NCBI RefSeq assembly: GCF_009914755.1
Contig: NC_060929.1
Strand: one strand, 5' to 3'
DNA from: the human T2T-CHM13v2.0 reference genome, Homo sapiens
Length of the DNA stretch: 64,000 nucleotides
Shown: positions 45,228-56,074 of the stretch, in pieces
Numbering within the stretch: the stretch's first letter is position 1
Layout of the letters: every line of letters begins with the position of its first letter
The notes under the pieces: generated by a model
The model's database searches: none
What the model saw: the letters and a program-made list of their open reading frames with translations, nothing else
Told to the model about the DNA's origin: nothing
Position numbers and translations under genes: made by a program

Positions 45228-45525
45228 GGCCGGGCACGGTGGCTCACACCTGTAATCCCAGCACTTTGGGAGGCTGAGGCGGGCGGATCACGAGGTCAGG
45301 AGATCGAGACCATCCTGGCTAACACAGTAAACCCCATCTCTACTAAAAATACAAAAAATTAGCTGGGCGTGGTGGTGGGCGCCTGTAATTCCAGCTACTC
45401 AGGAGGCTGAGGCAGGAGAATGGCGTGAATCCAGGAGGTGGAGCGGGCAGAGAGCTGAGACCAAGCCACTGCCCTCCAGCCTGGGTGATGGAGCAAGACT
45501 CTGTCTCAAAAAAAAAAAAAAAAAT
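45228..45525 (+). mobile_element. AluY/Sc with 12-bp TSD
   Basis: TSD GAAGCTATGGTG at 45216-45227 and 45526-45537. Confidence 0.96.
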
Positions 45526-45749
45526 GAAGCTATGGTGAACTAATAAAGGAGATGAGGTGACATGTGAATAAATTGTTTCCCTAAGTACGTAGAAATGATG
45601 GGAAAAATGCAAAGATAAAAAGAAAAAAAACTAAATTTTCCAATTGCAAATGCACTGTATTGTTTGAGGATGATTTGAAGAAAATGATCACTACTGAGAC
45701 ATAGTCTATTGAAAATACTGGTTTTAAAGGACTTTTTTTTTTAAAAAAA

Positions 45750-46400
45750 GACTTCAACTTCCAGTTTCAACTCCAATACATAATGAGCTTGGAAGTTGAC
45801 ACTCTTGTCCTTACAAGAAGAAAAACATTGAACAAAATGCAGGTCATTGACTCTTCTTGGATCTGTCAATGAGGTTTCAAGGCAAACTGTCATCCTACAA
45901 TCTGAAGAGACAGACAAACACAGAGAATTACAGCTGAGATTAGTTTACCTGAAGTAGAAGCCACTGAACCCTTAAACTGGTAGGAAAAACTAAATAGTGA
46001 TTGGGCAAATTGGTGGAGGCTGAGTGTGGAAGAGAGAAACTCTTGGGGGTTATAGTGTTAAGGGGCTCCTGCTCTTTCATGGCTTTTACCTCCAGAAACA
46101 CTACCAGGTTCCCACAGTGCGGAGCCCAGAAGGAAGGTAAAAATAACCACCTGAAACACACTCAGAACATTCTTCACCACAAAGTACTCATAGAAAAATA
46201 CTTTACCAGAGCTCAGTCCCACCTAGGGGAAGGGCAATTACCCAACTTCAGTCCTCTCTAGACTTTCTGTCTCATCTAAGTGAGACAAAAGCTAAGAAAT
46301 ACCTGTGAAGTTTCCAGCCCAAGGACACAGGCCTACAAAAAGACAGATTTGATAATAATATTATAGAACTCTTCTCCAGTCCCTCCAACACCCTACCTCA
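45750..46400 (+). mobile_element. Old L1M 5' UTR fragment
   Basis: CAAGGCAAACTGTCATCC...GAGATTAGTTTACCTGAAGTAGAAGCCACTG resembles L1MC/MD 5' ends. Confidence 0.5.
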
Positions 46401-46529
46401 TGAAAAAGTTTCAAAAGAAATTAAGGCTGGAAAGTGCCTACTTTACTGCTCTCTAATCACACACACACACATACACTCATCTTGGTGGTTCTGTTTCTCT
46501 GACTGAAACCTGAATGATACAGAATTTAG

Positions 46530-46685
46530 AACTGTCACAAAAAAGGTAAGTATATGAAGTAATGCATGTGTTAATTAGCTCAATTTAGCCCTTCCACCAT
46601 GTATACATATTCCAAAATGACATGTGCACAATAAATACATATATTTTTCATTTCTCAATTAAAAAATAAAAGTTTGAAATTAAAA
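46530..46685 (+). mobile_element. Short L1MA 3' terminal fragment
   Basis: GTTAATTAGCTCAATTTAGCC...TGCACAATAAATACATATATTTT plus A-rich tail. Confidence 0.7.
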
Positions 46686-47279
46686 ATAGTATTGAAAGCA
46701 GTTTCTAAGAAACACGGTCTTAAATATTAGTTGCTAAAGTGACTCTGGGTTTTCTCAGTGCTCTGGTCTGTCTGCTTTAAAGGCATTAATGACTGTTTCC
46801 AGTGGTATAGACAGCATTAATAGTCTATTAAATGCAGTGGCAAAACAGTTACTCAAATTATCACCTGGACATACCTGTAATAATATGTCTACAGAAAGAG
46901 AAAGCAGGGGTTGTGGGTGACAAAATATTTTCTGCTCTAGAGCATTTAAATAAAAAGTGTGCTGGAGCAATTAGGGAAACAAAATTATGAATGAAGGGCT
47001 TTAAGTTCCCAGTTCACAGTACTACTTCAATGACTACTCCCAAGGATACTTATCTCCTGGGGCTGCAAGGCTGAGATTTCTGAAAACCAAATGCAAAGTC
47101 TAATACCATGTGTACCTCAATTACAGAATAAATGTCTTTGGCAGTAGAAGTAGCCCTCCACTCCTGTGTGAAGAGCTGTCCCCCTTGCATGAAGAACTGG
47201 AGGAGGCTCTGATTCTCCTCAGAACATTTCCCTACCACCTGTCATTGCTTCTGCTACTGTAACTAGATACAAGTCTCAG

Positions 47280-48464
47280 TGTCACACAATCCTTTGGGGG
47301 GTCACTTCACCAACCTCTGTTGCCAGCAGTGCCTCTGCTTGAGTTTTGCTTGTTGTGCCTGCTGGGCTTGTCCCGCCCACTCAACCTGTCAGGATGCACT
47401 TGGCTTGTGCTACAGGCCTGGATCCCACACCTACTGAGGGCAAGCCAGGAGTGAAGAGGTGAGGGGTATGTGAGGAAGCAAGTGCAGGGTCTGGCCACTG
47501 CACACAGCCAGGTACACTGGCTGCCGCGGTGGGGTAGGTAGCTCCAGGCACTGGTTCTGTGTGAGGCTGTGGCTAAACCAGGCGTACCTCAAGCAGCTTC
47601 TACTGTGGACACTGGCATCTGGATGAGGAGAATGCAGTGGTGCCTGAAAACTCGAAGACATCAGCAACACTGGAACCCCAAGGGGTGGGGGTGGGCATGT
47701 TACAGGTCTCTTGTTCCCACCACCCACAGCATGTTGAATGATGAAGTGGGTGTGTTTTAGCTAGTTTGTGTTACAGCTTGTTCAGTCCCACTGACTCACT
47801 CTGGCCCATGGTTCCTGGGCTGGCCCGGTTCTGCTGCTGCTTCCCATTACATGGGGCAGCTTCCTGACACCAGTTAAAGATGGGAGGGCTATAGTGTTAC
47901 AGTACTGGCTCAGGAAGTCCCAAGGTCTGGACCCCCAGAAGGGTCACACTTCACTCCCACAGTCCCACAAATGGGAGCATGTTACTGCCCGCAGCTCAGC
48001 AAGCCAGCCAGGAAAGTGTTACAGACATTTTCATGCCTGCCATTTAGCAGGTCCCGAGTTATTGTCCCATGTTCAGGAAGAATGAGGTTACACAGACAAC
48101 TGGAGGGTAAGCAAGGCAGAGAAGTGCTTTATTGAGTGACAGAACAGCTCTCAGCAGAGGGGAGACCTGAAGGGAGTAGCTCCTATGCACAGGCAGGTAG
48201 TCCTGACATGTGGCTGAGTCTGGGGTTTTTATGCGCTCAGAATCGAGGAAGTGCATGCTGATTGGTCCATGGGTGGGCCCAGGAAGAGCACTATCTGACT
48301 GGCTGAAAGGCATCAAGGAAGTTATCACACTGGGCCATGAAATCCACCCAGAATTGGCAGCCCAGCCCCCAGGGTTCAGGCCATCTCTGGCTTAAGGTTT
48401 GGGCCTCACTGGGGACCCACTCCTTCCCGCCTAGGAGCCTGTCTGCCTCCTGCCACCATTGTCA
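47280..48464 (-). mobile_element. MER52-family ERV1 LTR
   Basis: GC-rich LTR; GGAGCCTGTCTGCCTCCTGC end, TTTATTGAG antisense polyA signal, GAAGTGCATGCTGATTGGTCCATGGG. Confidence 0.85.
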
Positions 48465-48594
48465 GCAAGTCTAAGGATGAGATAAAGAGGATGATCTGAG
48501 AGGAGCCACAATACACAGCAAAAAGTATCGCATGATTTTGCCAATTTCTATCAATAGAAACCCAGAGAATGTGTGTAGGAATGGATCTTATGGT

Positions 48595-51500
48595 TATCCT
48601 AGTCACTTTGTGTTGCTGTAACAGAATACCACAGAAATGATAATACATGAAGAAGTTTAGAGTCTGGCAGAGAGTATGGTGAGAAGTCAAGCAGGGAAGC
48701 TCCCTCACAGGCAGGTAAGCTGGGGACCTGGGACAGGCACAGCCTCTGCCTTGCAGACACCTGGAGCTCTCACTGTGGCACCCACCGGCCAGGCCTAGGC
48801 CTTGAAGCAGCTGTGAACCTCTCTCCACCCCACTTTGGTGACTTGATGGCACCAGTGGCCTCTCCGGGCCTGGCCCCACCAGCGGCCAGTGTCTCCTTGT
48901 CCAGCCCTGCTGCACTTGGATGTAGCACCTTTGGGTGGCAGCAAGTGTGGCAGGGTGGGAAGGTGCCCCACATGCATTGAGGGCCACCATGGTGTGGGGC
49001 AGAAGGAGGCAGGTGTTTGCACCAAGCTAGGCCACCTCCTCAGGCCTAGAGCCATGTAGCTCTGGGTCCTGGCATGACCGCTTTGTCCTAAGAGCGAGTC
49101 CAACCTAGTCCTGACAATGAGGAACAAAGGGCTGAACACCTGAAAGGTAAATGAAGCCCCACATGAAAATGGGTGGAACAGTTAGCAGCTGGCAGTCATC
49201 CAGTGGTTGTGGTTGGTCTTCATTCCACCAGACCTTAATGTGGGAAGTGAGAAATGGTAGAATGACATGCCACAGTTGGTCCACTGGAAAGGCCCACCAC
49301 CGTTTGGGAAGATTGGCCATTTATAGACAGGCTGTGTATATAATATGAAAAAGATGCTCTCAACAATCCTTCCAACCTTTTAAAAGAAAAATTTGCTACA
49401 TCTAGCCTTTCTAGATGAAAAGAGGTTGCTGACATATGATAGAGTTAGAAAACTACACATCCTGTAAAAGCCCACTTGTTTAAAAATATCATAGAAATTA
49501 AGGGTATTCTGAAAGTGACTTTTTGAAATAGAGTTGTTAGACCGCCTCTGGAAGTGACACAAGGAACCACACATGTCCATGTTGGTTCAGTGGGTTAGAG
49601 GATGGAGGACGTGGAGCAGAAGACTTAAGAAGGAAAGAAGAAGGTTCATGCCAGACTAGTCATATTTAGAAGACATTTTCATATTATAACCATTGTTTTG
49701 TATGTGCATTTTATTCCTCACTACTGTATGTATAATTGACAATGATAAGAACTTTTTGAAATATCTTCATGGATGTTCAGGAGTGCCTGATATATGTTGA
49801 AAGTAGAGGAGGTAAAAGAACACATTTTGTAAATATCTTTAAAAAATTCATATAAAATGCTTTTTTCAGTGGGGGCAAGGATGGCCAAACCTTTTGAGTA
49901 ATATACATTGTGTTTGTGCACTGGTTCAAGGGAGAAGGGAGGACAAATGCAATGAGCTGTATGCCAGTGCACCTGTAGTGAGGCACAATTAACCATTGTC
50001 TCTTATGTCTATGCATTTTGTTTTACTTATCTGTGTATGTAGTGTATATAAAGGACAAACAAGTCCTAATTTACAATATTTAGTCTTTCTAGATGTTAAA
50101 GAGGTTGCTAGTGTATAAAAAGAGTTAGTAAACTAATATATCAAATATATTTTGTCTTAAAATTTACAGGAAAGACTGCTGTTAAAAACACTTAGGAAAT
50201 GAAATGTTAAAATCCCTCCTAAACATTACAGATGCTTATGACTGGCCACTAGGTTGAGAGAGGTGGAAGGGGAAAGGGCTGTTGGCCAAATGTTCCTATT
50301 TAGAAGATACTTTCAAATTATAGTCTTTGTTATGTATGTGCATCACTTATTTAATGCTGGCTTGAGTGGAAAACTGAAGTCCTATTTGAAATACGCAGTG
50401 TTTCTAGATGTTTAAAAGTGTGTTAAAAGTAAAGGGCTAAAGTCACATCCTTTACTTATTTTTTTTTGTTATTTCATAAGAGTGGTTGCATTTGGGGAGT
50501 GGCTGCATTTAGATATGAGATTGTTAAAGTTGATGTTTTGGAGAGTATGCTGACTGTTCACTGGGTGGTGGCAGGTGGAGGGAGGAGGAAGGATGAGGAG
50601 AGAAGGATTATGTGCCCATGAGTTAGGTTAGTCCAGAGGGTTGAACCATTGTACTCTATGTGCATTTTAGTTAATATTGCTGTGTTTAAAGGATAAACAA
50701 GTCCTAATGCTCAAAGTATGTTATAAGTAGAGGTAGTAAAATCACTCCTTTATAAATGAATCTTTGTTAGTTTTTAGGAAGCACTGTCTTCTGGGAGTGA
50801 CTTTTCTTAATCCACCTCTTGGAGGTAGGCATAGTTCTTTACTTAGTCACTGGAATGCTGGAAGATGGAGAAGAGGAAGGGTGAATGGAAGGGCTCTTTG
50901 CTAGTATCTCCATATCTACAAGGTGGTTTTAGATTATAACCATAGGTCTATATGTGCATATTTAGTAAAGTGCCTGTGTTTACTGGGATCAAAATTCATT
51001 ATTATTTTACAACATCTAGACTTTATAGATGTCTGGAGGTGACAGTACATGATAAAAAGTAGAGTTAGAGAATTAGCCAGTTTGTAAACATCTTTTTGTT
51101 ATAATTGATAGAAAAGATGCATCTTGGACAAGGGATTGTTAAATAATTTCTGAGCAGTATATGTGAGAACTTGTGGATTAGGTTGGCAGTAGAGGGGCAA
51201 AAGGAAGCACAAAGGGAGAGAAGTATGAGATGTGTTCTTATTTACATTCTGACAAAAGCTATTGATGTATGTGCATGTCTTTGGCTGGACTATAGGAATA
51301 CATTAAGTAATCAATGAAATAATACCTTCTTGCTAATATTTTAATGGTAAGGTCTCATAATAAATTTTCTTAAAACATTATACTTAGTATATCCTGTTGC
51401 TTTGTGTTTCATTTTAAATTGAGCTTTAAGGGAATGCGGTATTTTAATCAGAATTCTGCCAATGCTTTTATCTAGAACACTGTTGCCATTTTGTCTTCTA

Positions 51501-52171
51501 TCAAGTCTTTGTTCCAAGAAACACAGGATTACATTTTTTTTCTAACAGATTGAGTTAGTGTAATATATTCTTGGTTATCAAAATACTCATATAGCTTTGG
51601 GATTTTGAATTGGTAAGTATGTATGATGTGTGAAAAAACATGATACATTTTGTGTGATGTTAATGCCATAAAATTGGATGTTTTGTCTAAACACATACAG
51701 GACCTAGAAGGACATTTGAAAACTGTAAACAGCTTCTGATTGTGGATGAGTTTTTTCTTTGCTTCTTGTGTTTTTCAGTTTCCTATAGTGCACACGTTAA
51801 CTTTAAAAAATAAATATTATATTTTAAAAACCAAAAAAAGAAGTTTACACAGTTCTAGAGGCTGGGAGGTCCAAGAGCATGGCACTGGTATCTGACAAGG
51901 ACCTTCATGCTGCATTATCCCTTCTTTTTTCTTCTTCATTCTTCTCTTGTAGAAGGGCAAGGGTAAAAGTAAGAGATAATGAGGGCTGGGCTCACTTTTA
52001 TAACAACACACTTTTGTGAAAACAAACCCCCTCCTGTGATAAAAACATTAAGCCACTATTGTGGGTGGAACCTTCATGGCCTTATCACCTCTTAATAGTC
52101 CCACTTATTAATACAACCACAATGGTGATTAGATTTCAACTTGAGTTTGGAGAGGACATTCAAATCATGGA
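48595..52171 (-). mobile_element. MST-type MaLR LTR split by the retrocopy (48595-48659 and 51848-52171)
   Basis: TTTGTGTTGCTGTAACAGAATACCACAG left of the insert continues as CAGTTCTAGAGGCTGGGAGGTCCAAGAGCATGGCA...GAGGACATTCAAATCAT on the right. Confidence 0.85.
48661..51837 (+). pseudogene. NORAD: Processed retrocopy of lncRNA NORAD (LINC00657)
   Basis: Colinear with recalled NORAD 5' sequence (GTCTGGCAGAGA; GGTCTTCATTCCACCAGAC...GAGAAATGGTAGAATGACA; TGTGTATATAATATGAAAAAG; TCTAGATGAAAAGAGGTTGC); internal repeat units; AATAAA at 51809-51814; A-rich tail; TSD AAGAAGTTTA at 48650-48659 and 51838-51847. Confidence 0.88.
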
Positions 52172-54854
52172 ATCAAGGTGGAAGAAATGTAGAATTGCAT
52201 AAAGATAGTTCTACTGATATGGTTTCATTGGGAGAGATTCCAATTTCAAGGCGTTAGTTCAAAGGGCTGCAAATGGCTTTAAGAGTTTGCTTGGTTGCTT
52301 GAATAAAACGTGGCCACAAAGTAACCTAGAATAATGAAGTTGGAATGCCAAAACAAGTAGTGCAAATAGAGAGAGGAGACTGATAAACAGTAGAGAAAAG
52401 AGATTGGAGTGCTAGAGTGGATTATTGCAAGTCCTGCCCACCTACCCCTTCCTGTGTCCTCGAGGAGGGTTAACAGAATATGCCCTTTATCAAAGATGTG
52501 GAAATAAATTCATGAAGGAAGCACTCAGCATCCTTGAAGCGTTCCATGGTGGTTCTTTACTGGTCAAGAGTTAGGGTGAAAACTGCTATCATCAAACTGG
52601 AATTCCTCAAGTCAGTGCAGATGGTGGCACTCTGGGATGGTAGTGGTGGCGCTTGTTTGCCACAGACAGGGTGAATTTGGTTACTGTAATAAACAATAAA
52701 GCCAAAGCAGTAATCAGAACAGTCTGACTTGCAGAGATCTTTAGCGTTGGCTAGTTGATAATGGCATTCCTAAAACTGAATAGATAGTTATACTACTAAA
52801 CTCTTACTTACTCTGTATAGGCAGAAAAGCTCTATGTCTAGTGAAGAGAGGTCTGATTTGAGTCATTTAAACAGAAAGTTAGGTCTCAATCAATTTCAAG
52901 GCATGAACTTTTTCACAGACTCAGAGCCCCTTTAATGTTGGTGAGCCCAAGTTCCCTTGAAGAACGTGCAAGGTTCTTTTGAAGGACTCTTCTATACTGC
53001 CAAAAATCTATATGGTTAATCTTCCTCCCAGCCTTCCATGCAGCTGTGCACTGAGGAAGTTAAAATAATCAGAATTACTGGAGGATCACTGGACACTGGC
53101 TCTGAACTGATACTAATTCCCAGAGACCCAAGCATCACTGTCGCCCACCAGTCAGAGCAGGGGCTTATGGAGAATCAGGGGACCAGTGAAATTTTGGCTC
53201 AGGTCTATTGCAGTGTGCCCAGTGGATCCCTGAATTGATCTTGTGGTTATTTCCGAAGTTCTGGAATGAATAATAGGAAAACATTACTCCACAGTTGGTA
53301 GAGTCCTTATATTACTTCCCTGACTCATGAAGTGAGGGCCATTATTATAGAAAAGGTCAAGTGCAGGCCACCAGGACTGCCTGTATCTCCAGAAATAGTA
53401 AGCCAAAGAGAAATACTGCTTTCCTGAAAGATTGTAGAGATTAGTACCCACCAAATCTCTATTGAACTTAACTAGCTGACATGTCCAGAATACAGATGGA
53501 TCTTAATAATGACAGAGAATATATAATTACCCTAAAATTAATCAGACAATGACTCCAATTGTAGCAAAGAAAATTGCCATTAGGTAACCCAGAATTATCA
53601 AAATTTAGATATCACCTGGTTGACCACTGGCTCTAGCTCCCTCTCAAGACTCCATTCTCAAATGACTAAAAGTTCTTATCTTCTCAGGTCGAGGGACATG
53701 GAGTGGAGGGACAAACATGTATATGGCAGAAAGCCCTATCTAAAGATACAGAGAAAACAAAGTGAGTTGCTATGTCCTAATAATTCTCCTGGGCCAATAT
53801 TCCCAGATCTGGCTAACAAAACAGGTACCAAATAAGAGATTTGGAATCACAGCTGCTGTGCTGTAAGTTCCAGCCAGCCACCAGGTCCAAAATTGTCCCC
53901 ATTCATATGTAAATGAGAATAGCAATTGCCATGAAGACTTGGGATACATTTGGATTTTACAAGTGGACATTAGAACTCCCATATATAGACTTGGGCCAGA
54001 TAGCTCATTAACCTTACAATAATATAATCCCACATTTTATGGAGTTAAAATTTTTGAAACCATCTATTGTGTTGTGGCAGAGTTTAACGATAATACTATA
54101 ATTCAGGAAAATTTGTCATTTATAAAATTAATCCAAAATTAATAGTTCTATTTTTAACACTAATAGAAAAATAATGAGAATATACCCTTCACAATTGCAA
54201 CTACAAGAGAGAAAATATCCAGTAATAAATTTCTTCTATCAGAAGAAAACTTTATAACACTTTTGTTTACTTCCTCAATGAATAAAAGTGTTTCCACCAC
54301 GAAATGCTTCAAGGATGCTGAGCGCTTCCTTCATGAATTTATTCCTCACATCTTTGATAAAGGGCACATTCTGTTGACTCTCCTGGAAGACACAGGAAGG
54401 GGGTAGGTGGGGAGGACTTGCAATAACCTTCACAATATTTCTTCACAATATTAAGAAAGAAAAGTCTTAATATTGTGAATATGTCAATTCATATAAAATA
54501 ATCTATCGGTTGACTATATCTAGTTAAATACTACTAAATAACTTTAGATTTCTATTTTGTACATGGTAGGGGGTGGAATTTGACAAAATGATTTGAAACC
54601 CAGATATCAGTTAGAGCTTTCTAAACCTTTTAGCTATGTTTAGAATTGCCTCAATCTAATTTTATAATCTAAGAAAACACTAAACCTTTCCAAGATTTCT
54701 GTAAATTCCTTGGGTCTATATTCCCATGATATTATTGTTTTTGGGCCTTATATGTTCAATTAATGTATTTTTTTTCTACAGCACATTGATCTCACTTTGA
54801 TATTCAGCTCCCCTTTAGTTTCTACAGCTAAAATCAGTCACATGAAGAATTTGT

Positions 54855-55935
54855 ATGGAGATTCTTTAAAAAACTAAAAATAGAACTATTATAAGATACA
54901 GCAATCTCACTGCTGGGTATATATCTAAAAGAAAGAAAATCAGTATATCCAAGAGATATCTGCACTCCAATGTATTTACAGCATTACTCACAATAGCCAA
55001 GATATGGAGCATATCTAAGTGTCCATCCACAGAAAAGAAATTATGGTGTATGTGTGTGCATATACATATATATACACACAATGGAATATTATTTAGACAT
55101 TAAAAAATGAGATCCTGTCATTTGCAGTAGCATGGATGGAACTGGACGACATTATGCTTAGTGAAATAAGCTAGGCACAGAAAGACAAAGATTGTACATT
55201 CTCACTCATATGTGGGAACTAAAAAAGTGGATCTCGCAGAGGTAGAGAGTAGGACTGTGATAACCAGAGGCTGGGAAGGGAGAGCAGGGGATGAAGAGAA
55301 GTTGGTTAATGCAGTGGTCCCCAACCTTTTTGGCACTAGGGACCAGTTTCATGGAAGAAAATTTTTCCATGGATGGTGAAGGGGAGGGGGATGGTTTCAG
55401 GATGAAACTGTTCCACCTCAGATTATCAGGCATTAGTTACATTCTCATAAAGAGTGCTCAACCTAGATCCCTCACATGTGCAGTTCACAATAGGGTTCAT
55501 GATCCTATGACAATCTAATGCCACCACTGATCTGACAGGAGGCGGAGCTCAGGCAGTAATCCTCGCTCACCAGCTGCTCACCTCCTGCTGTGCAGCCCAG
55601 TTCCTAACAGGCCACGGACCAGTACCAGACTGCAGCCTGGAGGTTGGGGCCCCCTGAGTTAATGGGTACAAAAATTCAGTCAGATAAAAGGAATAAGTTC
55701 TAGTATTTGATAGTACAGCAGGAAAATTATAATTAACAGTAATTTATTGTATATTTCAAAATAGTCAAGAAGAAAATAATTGTAATGTTCCCAACACAAA
55801 AAAGATAAAAGTTCGAGGTGACAGATATCCCAAATACCCTGATTTGATTTTTACTCATTGTGTACATGTATCAGAATGACACATGTACTTCAAAAATATG
55901 TACAACTATGATGTCTCAATTAAAAAGACAACAAT
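54855..55935 (+). mobile_element. L1MA 3' end split by MER1B
   Basis: AAACTAAAAATAGAACTA...GATCCTGTCATTTGCAG...GGAATAAGTTCTAGTATTTGATAGTAC. Confidence 0.88.
55312..55656 (+). mobile_element. MER1B (hAT-Charlie) with 8-bp TSD
   Basis: CAGTGGTCCCCAACC...GGTTGGGGCCCCCTG TIRs; TSD GGTTAATG (55304-55311)/AGTTAATG (55657-55664). Confidence 0.92.
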
Positions 55936-56074
55936 AACAACAATTTGTATATTCAGCTGGCTTTAAAAATCAGAATAGCACGCAGAAGGACTTTTATCAC
56001 ATCAATGTACTGCTTCTTATTCAATCCCTTCAGATTGCTTCCCCATTCCAAAGTCCCAAATTGGAGATGTAAAG

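Larger units (their letters stand above)
46440..53580 (+). mobile_element. Fragmented ERVL provirus (MLT2 LTR tail plus gag-pro-pol remnants), host of nested insertions
   Basis: MLT2 LTR end TGGTTCTGTTTCTCTG...TGATACA at ~46520; ERVL gag segments at 46690-47279, 48465-48594 and from 52172; protease motif LDTGSELILIP in ORF 53038-53238. Confidence 0.78.

Noticed and set aside
48406-48990. 194-aa minus-strand ORF
   Set aside because: Crosses NORAD-copy, MST, ERVL and MER52 boundaries; an artefact of GC-rich, stop-poor sequence.
53038-53238. Aspartic protease motif LDTGS
   Set aside because: Belongs to the degraded ERVL provirus with surrounding stops and frameshifts; no sign of a domesticated intact ORF.
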